Shown: positions 9,300 through 20,102 of the stretch, in pieces | Layout: the number at the start of each line of letters is the position of its first letter | How positions within the stretch are numbered: position 1 is the first letter of the stretch | Source of the DNA: an uncultured Solirubrobacterales bacterium | GTDB lineage: Bacteria; Actinomycetota; Thermoleophilia; Solirubrobacterales; JBBDJG01 | Assembly: GCA_963826005.1 (NCBI GenBank) | Contig: CAWGVJ010000005.1 | Span: 76,848 to 140,847, forward strand | Length of the DNA: 64,000 bases | Reading direction: 5' to 3' | Made by a program: the position numbers and the translations under genes | The notes under the pieces: model-generated | Database searches by the model: none | Told to the model about the DNA's origin: nothing | Seen by the model: only the letters and a program-made list of their open reading frames with translations

Positions 9300-11554
9300 A
9301 TGGCAGTCGTCGATCGCACACGGGAGCTGGAGCCGCGCGAGGACCTGCCGATCGGGTGGGACGGCCAGACCGCGCTCGCGATGCTGACCGAGTCGGAGCG
9401 GCTCTTCGCCGAGACCGGGCGTTACTGCGGATTCGACGACCTCGCGCTGAAGTCGGACGAGCCGATCCGCTTCGAGAAGCTGTTCTCCCGCCTGCGCGGC
9501 GGGCTCGTGACCGCACGCGAGACGGCGCTCAACATCTCCGCCTCTCCGATCGTCAAGGAGATCGGCGAGCTGTGCTTCGCCCTGTACACGCCCGAGGGCG
9601 ACTCGGTGGCGCTCTCCACCGGGATCATCGTGCACGTCCACACGATGTCGGACGCGATCAAGTACATGATCCGCCAGGGCTACGAGGAGAACCCGGGCAT
9701 CGCGCCCGGCGACATCTTCACCAACAACGACGCGATGATCGGCGACGTCCACAACGCCGACGTGCAGACGATCGTCCCGATCTTCTGGGAGGGCGAGCTG
9801 ATCGGCTGGGCCGGCGGCGTCACCCACGAGATCGACATCGGCGCGAAGACTCCGGGCTCGGTGCCGGTCGGGCCGATCTCCCGCTTCGAGGACGGCATCG
9901 ACCTGCCCGCCAAGAAGATCGGCTCGGACGACGAGCTGTGGCGCGACCACGTGCTGGCCGGGCTGAAGGGCACGCGCACGCCGATGTACTGGACGCTCGA
10001 CGAGAAGACGCGGCTGGCGGGGTGCCACATGATCCGCGAGGCCGTCGAGCGCGTGATCCTCGAGGAGGGCATCGACACCTACAAGCGCTTCATCCGCGAG
10101 GTGATCGAGGACGGCCGGCGCTCCTTCCGCAACCGGCTGCTGGAGATGACCGTGCCCGGGCGCTACCGCGCGCCGGCGTTCACCGAGCTGATGTTCGGCA
10201 AGGAGACTCAGCTGCCGAGCTACGCGCGCAAGGACACGCTGATGCACGCGCCCGTCGAGCTGCGCATCACCCGCGACGGCGTGATGGAGCTTGACTACGA
10301 GGGCGCGTCCTCATGGGGATACCACTCCGCCAACTGCACGCCGTCCTCGATGCAGGGCGCGCTGTGGGTGCAGCTCACGCAGACGCTGATCTGCAACGAC
10401 AAGGTCAACGACGGCGCGTACCTCGGGCTGCGCGCCAACTTCCCGCCGGGCACGTGGTCGAACCACTCCAACCCGCAGGCGTCGACCGGCAACGCCTGGT
10501 TCTTCCTGATCCCCTCCTACACCGGCTTCATCAAGTCGCTGTCGCGCTCGCTGCAGGCGCGCGGGTTCGTCGAGGAGGTGCTGGCGCCGTACGCGCTCAC
10601 GGCCAACGCGTTCCAGGGCGGCGGGATCGACCAGTACGGCCGCCAGTCCGCGACGACGAACTTCGGCCTCTCCTGCGTGGGCGGCGGGGCGAAGATGATT
10701 CTCGACGGGCTCGACTACGCGGCCGCCATGTGGAACCCCGAGGGCGACATGGGCGACATGGAGATGTGGGAGCTGATCGAGCCGTTCCTGTACCTCAGCC
10801 AGCGCGTGAAGCCGAACACCGCGGGGCCGGGGCGCCACCGCGGCGGCTCGGGCTACGAGTGCCTGCGCCTTGCCTGGAAGACGCCCTTCTACGAGATGCA
10901 GAACATCGGGCACGGGCGGGTCTTCATCCAGGGCGGCCTGTGGGGCGGGTACCCGGGCGCGACGGGCTACCGCCACAACGTGCGCGGCGCCGACTTGCTG
11001 GCCAAGGCGGCGCGCGGCGAGCCCTTCCCCCTGCACGAGCCGGACCCGGCCGACTCGGCGCTCGTGCGCGAGATCGCCGGCGAGCACCTGTTCGACATCG
11101 AGACGACGACGCTGCCGGAGGTCTACACGGAGGGCGACCTCTACCTGTGCATGTTCCGCGGCGCGACGGGAGTCGGCGATCCCCTGGAGCGGCCGTACGA
11201 GTCCGTGATGGAGGACATCGAGGGCGAGTTCCTGCTGCCCCGTTACGCCTAGTCCGTCTACGGCGTCGTTGCCGGGCGACGAGATCGCAGTCCGCAGTTC
11301 GCAGATCGCAGATGCGCGAGGAGCGCGGCCAGAAGGCCGTGCCGGTGCGCGAGTGGATGAAGCAGGAGCGGCAGCGGATCCTCGACCGCGACATGATCGA
11401 GCCGGCGCAGCGCATGTACGCGGAGTCGATGCGCCTGTCGGACAAGTGGGCGCAGGAGTTCCGCGAGTTCTGGGACCTGCCGGAGGACTTCGTCTTCGAT
11501 GTGCCGACACCGGAGGTCGACCTGTCCCTCGCCATCCGGGCGGCAGCGGAATGA
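9300..11554 (+). CDS. acxB: Acetone carboxylase alpha subunit (hydantoinase B family); in-frame TAG at 11250 and a nearby frameshift
   Basis: EKLFSRLRGGLV, SASPIVKEIGELCF, STGIIVHVHTM, GDVHNAD, GVTHEID, WNPEGDMGDME, C-terminal FWDLPEDF. Confidence 0.9.
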
Positions 11555-12076
11555 AGCTCGACAAGGACACGCTGCGCGGACCTGATCGACGAGAAGCTGC
11601 CGCGCGGGCAGGTGCGCGCGATCCAGTCGGGGTTCAAGGACGCCGACCGCTTCGACAAGTACGTCGAGATCCTGCAGGAGCGCGTGTCGTGGGACGACCA
11701 GATCGTGCTGCCGTTCGGCGAGCACCTCTACATAACCAAGCCGTCCGGCGGTAAGCCGCCGGACGGGTCTGGTGAGGATTCCGTAGCGGCTACCGGGTCG
11801 AAGTGCGATTGCGGCCACGAGTTCTGCGACTACCGCGAGAACTGGAAGCTCGAGGCGCTGATCAACGTGCGCGACAGCGTCGAGTCGCTGCGCGAGATCT
11901 ACCCGGACAAGATGCACGGCGACCCCGAGTGGAACTCGCTGCGCGAGTACTTCTGCCCCGGGTGCAAGACGCTGCTCGAGGTCGAGGCCGTGCCGCCCGG
12001 CTACCCGGTGATCCACGACTTCGTGCCCGACCTCGAGGGCTTCTACGAGGACTGGCTGGACCGCCCCCTGCCGTAG
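11551..12076 (+). CDS. acxC: Acetone carboxylase gamma subunit (frameshift about 11578)
   Basis: KDADRFDKY, CDCGHEF...NWK, REYFCPGC, PPGYPVIHDF; ATGA overlap with acxB. Confidence 0.9.
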
Positions 12077-12080
12077 CCCG

Positions 12081-12133
12081 GCGAACTTTCGCAATCTACG
12101 TCCGAGGGGTGGACGTGAAATGCGGAAGTTCGG
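12081..12133. terminator. Long hairpin between convergent acxC and mug (terminator or REP-like)
   Basis: CGAACTTTCGCA...ACGTCC-GAGGGGT-GGACGT...TGCGGAAGTTCG. Confidence 0.6.
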
Positions 12134-12625
12134 TCAGCGCAGCGTGGCGGCGAGGTTTTGCCACGGCCCGACGTCCCAGAAGCCCCGCGCCGCTCCGGAC
12201 GTGGAGGGAACCACCCATACGCGGGTCACACCGATGGTCACATCCTGCTCCCCATACCCACCCGGTTTTCGTCGAAGCACCTCCCCCGCCGCACGCTTCC
12301 CCACGAACGCCAGCACGCCCGGCTGGAACCGCTCCACCTTCTCGATCACCGCCGCCGCGTCGAAGTCCGCCGCCACCAGCGTGCTGTCCCGCCCCACCGC
12401 CCGCTTCGCCACATCGGTGAGCCCGATGCCCCACCCCAGCAGCGCGCGGAACTCCAGTGGCTCCAGCTCCCGCGGCGTCAGCCCCACCTCGTGCAGCACC
12501 CACCAGAACCGGTTGCCCGGGCCGGCGTAGGGGGCGCGCAACCGCGCCGACTACCTCCCCCGCCGCGGTGCCGCAAAAGACGACTCGCAGCCCGGGCGCG
12601 AGCAGGTCCGGCAGGATGTGGCCCG
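12134..12625 (-). CDS. mug: Mismatch-specific uracil/thymine DNA glycosylase (start approximate, frameshifted)
   Basis: [38 protein letters not shown]. Confidence 0.85.
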
Positions 12626-14841
12626 CTACTTGCGGACCTTCGAGAGGACGATCGTCTGGCCGTTGTGGCACTCGTGACCGCCGCCGGGACATTCGGGGAG
12701 CAGCTCCGGCAGGTCCTTCTTCGCCTTCCGGCGCACGCGCTTGACCTTCTCGCATCCGGACAGTCTGTCCCGCGGGTCGGCCTTCACGAAGTCGCGCCCG
12801 AACCCGCAGTCCACCAGCTCGCGCACGCCGTTCGCGGAGTTGATCGAGTCGCTGCCCAAGCCGCCGTCGTAGCGGTTGCGGCCCGGGCCACCCGATGATC
12901 ACGTCTCCCCCGTTGCCACCCGACAGCAGGTCGTTGCCGGAGCCGCCGACCAGGTTGTCGTTGCCGGCCCCGCCGAACAGCGCATCCTCGCCCTTGCCCC
13001 CGACCAGGCGGTCGTTGCCGTCGTCGCCGGCGGGCGCTGCCGGCGGATCGCCCGTGTGCCGGAGCGACGCCTGGGACGCAGTGCGCCACCAGGATGCCTT
13101 GTCGACGTCCGGAGGGCTCAGCGCCCCGCACGCGCCGCCGTAGCCGACGTCGGAGCCGGCTCCCAGGTCGATGTCGTCGTTGCCCGGACCGCCACAGGCC
13201 TTGTCGTGCGTCGCGGTGCCGAAGATCTTGTCCGGCCGCAGGCTGCCCATCACCAGGTTGAAGTGGTTCGCGCCGCTGTGGGAATGATCGGCCGTGCCGG
13301 CATCGTGCCCCGCCGCGCCGTGGCGTCCGCGTGGGTGCCGTCGGTTCCGTGTGCGGCCGGGTCATCGCCCCGGTGTCGCCCGCACCGCCGTGACCGTGGG
13401 TGTGGTCGTTCAGGCCGAGGTCGGGCGGGATGACCGGCGGCGTCGCCACCAGCGGCAGCTCGCGCCGAACACGTCCGTGAAGTTGGCCGGCTGCTGGGGG
13501 TGCGTCGTGCGCGGGCCGCCGGGCGCACTCGCTTCGACCAGGTTCGCCGCGTCCGACGCGAAGGCCACGAACGCCGAGGACGCGAGCTCGGAGCCCGGAG
13601 CGATCGCCGGGCCGAACGAGGCCCCGTTCGCCGTCGCGCCGTCCGCCCCGCTCGCGCGGTTGATCAGCGTTGTCGTCCCATAGTAGGCGTGACGGACGAA
13701 GACGTTCGTGAGCAGATCGTTGTCGCGGTCGACAGGTTGTCGGCCGACGAAGTGAAAGCGATCTGCAGCCCGTCCTCGGAGATCGAGGGTGACGACGATG
13801 CAGTCCGAGCCCGCGGCGCCCTGCCCTTCCATGCGGCTCACGAGACTCGTGTTGTTGGCCTGGAGATAACGGAGAAACACGTTGGTGGGAGCGGTCACCG
13901 TGCCGAGGTTGGTGGCGTTCGAGGTGAATGCGACGAACCCGCCGTTCGCCGGAGATCACCGGCTGCGTCGCAGTTGCCGTTGGCCGGCTCGCTCGACGGT
14001 CCCGAGCGCCGTCGTCCGGTTGACGTGCCTGAAGAAGCGGAACCGCGGCTCGGACAGGAACACGTTGGTGTAGATGTCGCGGTCGTCGCGCATAGATGTC
14101 GTCCGCGTCCGACGCGAACGCGATGCGCGTCCCGCTCATCGAGATCGACGGGTCGAACGAGTCGCCGTTGGCACCGGCGCCGGTGCCGTTGATCCGGCTG
14201 ATCGAGAGTCGTCGCTCCCTGGGCGAGGTTGCGCGTGAACACGTCCTTTGTCGCGTCCTCGTCCTCGGTGCTGAGGTTCGTCGCCTTCGATTCGAACGCG
14301 ATCACCTCGGCGCTTGCCGCTGACGGACGGGTTGCAGGAGTCACCGTTCCCGCCGGCGCCGTCGGTCGCCAGGCTCACGAGCTGGGTGGTCCCGTCGAAC
14401 GTGTCGCGCAGGTAGACGTTCCTGACCCCGTTGTTGTCCTCGGTGCTGAGGTTGTCCGCCTCCGAGTCGAATGCCACGAAACGCCCGTCGGAGGAGATCG
14501 CGGGGTTCGCAGAGTCGGCGTTCGCGCCCAAGCCGGCGCTGCGTCTGGCTGATCAACGTCGTGATCCCGGTCCCTGTGTCGTGCACGAAGATGTTGACGA
14601 CCGCGTTGTTGTCGATGGAGCTGAGGTTGTCCGCCTGCGACTCGAACGCGATGCGCAGTCCGTTCGCGGACACGGCGATGCCGGGACCGGAGGAACCGTT
14701 TGCGGCCTCCTGCGTACCCGTCAGGCTGACCACGGTGGTGTCGTGCACGGCGGCGCGTGCGACGAGCGCCGGCACGAGCAGCGCGGCGAGCACGACCATC
14801 GCCACCATTGGTGCTCGCCAATCGACCCGGCTGACGGTCAA
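12626..14841 (-). CDS. Large secreted protein: TolB-like beta-propeller, His-rich linker, RTX Ca-binding repeats (multiple frameshifts)
   Basis: Signal peptide; about 7 repeats of AFxSxAxNL...NVFxRD; GGxGND nonapeptides; ends CPGGGHECH...KVRK. Confidence 0.75.
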
Positions 14842-15062
14842 CGCCGCTCCTCGTCGAGTCTGATCGCACGGATCGAGTGCTCGTCGGGCAGTTTCTCGAG
14901 CACCTCGTGGATGATCCGTTGCACGTCGTGCTCCTCGTGGCCGAAGTCGTCCAGCAGGCTCTTCAGCGCCGTGTGGGTGATCTTCAATTGCGCGGGGGTG
15001 AGCTCGAGGTGATAGTGAAACTCGCCATGTGGCTCAGCCGAGCGTTCCGCTTCCTCCGCCAT
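14838..15062 (-). CDS. Small hypothetical protein (74 aa)
   Basis: Clean ORF, GGAGG RBS, stop overlaps the start of the downstream gene. Confidence 0.75.
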   Translation of the reverse strand: MAEEAERSAEPHGEFHYHLELTPAQLKITHTALKSLLDDFGHEEHDVQRIIHEVLEKLPDEHSIRAIRLDEERR

Positions 15063-15085
15063 TACCCCTCCCTGGTCCTCGGCGC

Positions 15086-15501
15086 CTAGTCCCTGAGCGT
15101 GACGCTCCGTGTCACGCTGTTGCGCTCCCGGACGAGTTGCGCGCGGTGACCGTGATCCTCGCCTTCACGGTCTTGCCCCGGCGGATCGCCTTCTTCACCG
15201 ACCGCTTCGCACCGCTCGACAGCCGCAGGAACGCCTGGTTCGTGAGGTGGAGGCTGACGTTCGACTTCCTGAACGTCTTGAAGCGATGACCCATGACCGA
15301 GCCGGTCACCTGCATGCTGCAGTGCTTCTGGTGGATCGCAGCCAGCACGTAGACGTTGTCGATGTCCTGGCGGGCCGGGATCTTCACGGTCATGCCGGGC
15401 TGCGCGGCGACCGCGGGCATTGCCAGCGCGGTCAGGCACGCAATCGTCATGCCCACCCCCAGCAGGGCGGCGGTGCTTCTGCCTCGCATCTTCCTCCTCA
15501 C
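15086..15501 (-). CDS. Small secreted basic protein
   Basis: Signal peptide; K/R-rich KRSVKKAIRRGKTVKARITVTARN; frameshift near the 3' end. Confidence 0.65.
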
Positions 15502-15530
15502 TACTTGAACAGGCTACGGCACTGACTCGC

Positions 15531-17356
15531 TTACGGCACCAGTACGCCCTGAACCGCGAACAGCGTGTTGGGCGTGGTGGAGGCCAATCCGTCGGCGCCA
15601 CCGTCGTTGAGCCGGATCTGGCCGAGCTGCCAGATCGCACGCTTGCTTTCCAGGACCGTGCCCGCACCCAGGACCGCATCCGCGGTCGTGTTCACGGCGC
15701 ACGTCGAGCCCACCGTCGCGTCACCGGTGCCGGTGCACGGCACGGTCACCCTGAACGGCGTGTCCTGCATCGTGCCGACCTCCGACGGGCCGTTGTTCTT
15801 GTCGATCACGCGCAGCGTGGTGTCGAGCTGCAGCTGCCCCGTGTAGTCCGGGAACCCGGTGGTGTTGCGGCGCACGTCGGTCATCGAGACCTGGAAGCGC
15901 GCGTCGGCCTCGTCGGCGGTTGTCGCGGGGTTGCCGATCAGCGCGTCGACCTTCACGAAGCCCTCGAACTTCGCGGCCGCCCCGTTGGCATCGGGGGTGC
16001 CGATCGTGAGCTGACCCGAGGTCAGCGTCGGCGGGTTGCACGACCCGTCCGGGTTCGACCCGTTGGTCGGGAAGTCCGGCGGCCCGTGCACCCGGTTGGG
16101 GCTCGTGCACGCGTTGAACGCCGGCACCAGCGACACTCTCGTCGGCGTCGCGCCCTTGGAGCGCGGGTAGCCCGGCGAGGTCGGGACGTACCAGGCCATC
16201 ATGATGCCCATCACGTCGGTCTGAGGCCTGTGGATTGTCGTTCTGGTACTCGCCGTGGACCCGCAGCGTCTGGCCGGAGTTGAACGCGTAGCCGGTGGAC
16301 GGGTAGGTGCCGTCCGGCGGCCATGCCTCCGCGTTGCGCGGTTGGAGCCACCGCTCCCGGCACCTCGCACTCGGTCATCGTGTCGAGATGTCCGCGGTAT
16401 CTCCCGGCGGCCCACGGTGTCCCGTAGATGCCCTCGGAACGGCAGATGGTCGCACCCGTGAGCGCCGCCGGAGGCGTGTTGTTGGGCGGGATCGGCCCGA
16501 AGTAATCGTTCGAGTTCCCGCCCACGAGCTCCAGTGATACCGCGATGCCGTGCCCCTTCGCGGGACAGTGGTTCTGGCATGGCGAAGCGTTGGTGATGTC
16601 GACGTCGTGCAGGTGACCGGACATGCCGATCATGCGACCGTTCACGTTCGAGACCCAGTCGGTCGTGGCATCGTTGTAGCCGACCGGCGTCGTGTACTCG
16701 GAGTCACCGCACCCGTCGATGTCGAGCCATAGCGGCTTGGCCTCCGCGCCGCCGCCGGCTGCCACGGTGCGGTACTGGAAGACGACCTCGATTTGCAGGT
16801 TCTTTGTGTCCACGGTGCCCTTGTTGATGACGTGCGAGATCAGCCGCCAGGTCGCGGTGTTGTTCAGGTAGCCGAAGGGCGACGGCAGGTGCAGCTGGCT
16901 GCGCTCGTTGCCCGCCGCGAAGAACCGCTCGCCCAGCTGACCCTCGAGGCCACCTGGGCAGACCGGGTCCGGACGACCGGGATTGATCATCACGAAGTGG
17001 TGCAGCATGGCGTCCGTGTCGAGGTTCGCAACCGTGCCGTCGACGTGGTTCGGGTCGTTCATGTACACGAGGCTCGGGACCATGTCGGTGATGTAACACG
17101 CCGTACACGGAGCGGGGATGTCGAACCGGACCGAGTTGTGGACCGCGTTGCCGGGCGCCAGCACGAAGTTCTGCGACGCGCTGAAGCCGTACCGCATGCG
17201 CTTGATGTGTGTCCCGGACGCGTCGGCATCGCCGTGCGGGGATCGTTGAACGAGGCAAGGCACCTGGCTCGAATCGGCCATCGCGGGCGCGCTCCAACTG
17301 ACCACACCGGTCACGAAAACCAGCACGCCAAGCAGAATCCCCAGCTTCCCCCTCAT
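15531..17356 (-). CDS. Secreted PHM/SURNod19-like copper monooxygenase-fold protein with C-terminal YPRxKGATP domain (frameshifted about 16230-16340)
   Basis: Signal peptide; MLHHFVM, LISHVIN, SGHLHD, DVMGIM motifs; ends FAVQGVLVP. Confidence 0.7.
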
Positions 17357-17564
17357 GAACGCCCCCTAGAACCCCGGTCGGATGTGTTCGACGATACTAG
17401 CCGAGAAGCGGGCGTCCCGTTCCCGGTGGAAGTGGGTCGGCGCGGTGGCACCGGCGAGGGCGCCTCAGGTTACCCTGTGTTTGGAGCGGGGACCCGTCCG
17501 GGGACGGGTGAGCATGCCGGGGCGCCGGAGGGAGAACAATTCGGGAAATGGCTCAATCGCTGAG

Positions 17565-18306
17565 GTGATACGACTGCGCAAATGGCGCGGAATTTTCGCG
17601 GCGGGCGTCGGCGCGGCGATGGTGGCCGTGATGCTGTCGGCCGCGAGCCCCCGCCCCCGCCAAGGACGCCGGGATCGTCTCGGAGCTGCGCGGCACCAAG
17701 CCGGCCGTCTCCGGCCTCGAGCTGGAGGTGTCGGGCGGGGACAGGTTCCTCCTGCTTCGCAACGGCACCGGCAAGGCGGTGATCGTCAAGGGCTACGAGG
17801 ACGAGCCCTACCTGCGGTTCCTGCCGAATCGGGTCGTCGAGGAGAACCTCCGGTCTCCGTCCAAGTACGCGAACGAGGACCGCTATGCGCTCACGCCGCT
17901 TCCTCCGCAGGCGAACTCCGACGCGACGCCGAGATGGAAGCCCGTCTCCCGGGACGGCTCCTACAGATGGTTCGACCACCGCATCCACTCGATGGAGAAG
18001 GGCACCCCCCCGCAGGTGAAGGACGAGGGCGTCCGCACCAAGATCTTCGACTGGCGCGTGCCGATGACGGTCGCGGGCGCGCCGGTGGCCGCGGTCGGCA
18101 CGCTCGAATGGGTGCCGGCCGATTCGTCCGGCACCTCCACCGGCCTGATCGTCGGACTGCTGGCCGCCGCAATCCTCGTGATCTGCGCGCTGGCGTTCCT
18201 GCTCACCCGCCGGCGCCGGCCACGCGTGGCACCGGCTGGAGCACCCACCGGCGGTGGTGCTGAGCCCGAGCGGCCGCGCCGCGAGGCGGTGGACGAAGCG
18301 TGGTGA
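17565..18306 (+). CDS. Exported membrane-anchored protein upstream of copCD (frameshift about 17655)
   Basis: Signal peptide, GYEDEPYLRF, WFDHRIH, C-terminal TM helix followed by RRRR. Confidence 0.7.
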
Positions 18307-20102
18307 GATTCTGGAGCGTCCTGGCGGCGGTGGCCTGCGCGCTGGCCGTCGCGCCCGCGGGAGCCATGGCACACGCGCTGCTGGAGAGCACCGAGCCGCT
18401 GTCGGGCTCCACGTCGAAGCAGCCCGTGAAGCAGGTCGTGTTCCACTTCAGCGAGCCGGTGGAGGGCAGCTTCGGCGCGATTCGGGTCTTCAACCGCGCC
18501 GGCGCGCGAGTCGACGACGGCGAAGTCTTCCACCCCGGCGGCCATGGTCCCGAGCTCGGCGTGCACCTCAAGCAGGGGATCCCCAAGGGCAGCTACACGG
18601 CGACATACCGCGTGATCTCGGCCGACAGCCATCCGGTCGCTGGCGGTCTCGTGTTCAGCTACGGGAAGGCCTCGGCGACGGGCGCCTCGGTGTCGCAGCT
18701 GCTGTCCCAGCAGGGTTCCTCCGGACGCGTCACCGACATCGCCTTCGGCGCGGCGAAGGCGACCCAGTACGGCGCAATCGCGATTGCCGTCGGCGCGATC
18801 TTCTTCCTGCTCGTGATCTGGCTGCGTGCGCTCGGCGGAGCGGCCGGCGCCGGGGGCGCGTGGCGCGAGGCGTCGGAGCGGTTCACGCAGCGGCTGCGCA
18901 AGCGTGCTGCTGATCGTGATCGGGATCGCGCCTCGTCAGCAGCGCCGCGGGGATCGTGCTCCAGGGGGCGAAGGCGGCAGGCATCTCGTTCTGGTCGGCG
19001 CTGGACAGCCAGATCGTGGAGGACGTGCTGGACACCCGCTTCGGCACGGTCTGGGGCATCCGGATGCTGGTGTGGCTCGGCTTCGGGGTCGTGCTGCTCG
19101 CCTCCCTGTCGCCGGCCCGCAGGCCGGTGCTGCGGCCGGCTTCGGTGGGCGCCACCGGACTCGCGCAACCACGGGTCCACCCCGTCTGGCTCGCGCTGCT
19201 CGCGCTGCCCCTGGGCTTCCTCGTGATCTCCCCGTCGTTCGCCGGGCACGCCAGCCTCGAGAGCCCGACCGCGGTGCTGGTCCCGGCCAACATCCTGCAC
19301 GTCCTGGCGATGAGCATCTGGGTGGGCGGCCTCGCGACGCTGCTGTTCGTGCTGCCGGCCGCCACGCGCCGCCTCGACCCGGTCGACCGCACCCGCCTGC
19401 TGGCCGGCACGGTCGCGCGGTTCTCGCCGTGGGCGTTCGCGTCGGTGATGGTCCTGCTCGTCACCGGGCTGGTGCAGTCGTGGTTCGAGATCGGCTTCCT
19501 CGACGAGCCCAGCCGGCTCCTCGACACCCCCTTCGGCAGGGCGGCGCTGATCAAGTTCCTGCTGCTCGTGGGCCCGCTGATGGCGCTCGGCGCCTACAAC
19601 CAGCGCTGCCTCGTCCCACGGTTGAAGCGGCTGTCCGATGAGGGCCAGACGCCCGGGCGCACGGGTTTCGCACTGCGCCGTTCGCTCCGCGCCGAGGTCC
19701 TGTTGCTGGTCGGGGTCCTGGGCGCGACCGCCGCGCTCACCACGTATGCGCCCGCCGACTACGCGCCCACCGGCCCGGTCTCGAAGACGACTTCGCTCGG
19801 GCCGGCCGACCTGCAGCTGACGGTCGACCCCGCGCGCGTCGGGCCCAACGAGATGCACGTCTACCTGATCGACAAGCAGAACGGCACGCAGTACGACAAG
19901 GTCAAGGAGCTGAACGTCGACATGTCACTGCCGGCCAAGAAGCTCGGCCCGCTGAAGCCGGACGTCCGCAAGGCCGGCCCCGGGCCATTTCGTGATGAAC
20001 GGAGCGCTGTTCGGCGTGGCCGGCGAGTGGGACGTGAAGATGAGCGCGCGCGTCTCCGAGTTTGACGCCTACTACGCGGACGTTAAAGTCAACATCAAGT
20101 GA
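18300..20102 (+). CDS. CopC-CopD fusion (YcnJ-like copper importer) with C-terminal YtkA-like domain, frameshifted
   Basis: AMA/HALLES, VISADSHPV, AGHA, ILHVLAMSIWVGGL, RFS, GRAALIK, RAE, DPARVGPN. Confidence 0.9.

Noticed and set aside
11250-11252. In-frame TAG in acxB (PRYA*SVYGVV) as possible amber readthrough or pyrrolysine
   Set aside because: A single GAG to TAG change in an indel-rich stretch explains it, and no pyl genes are in the window. Read inspection would settle it.
12860-14700. Repeated DNA words suggesting a CRISPR array or tandem repeat
   Set aside because: They are coding repeats (propeller blades and RTX nonapeptides). No repeat-spacer array or cas gene is visible in the window.
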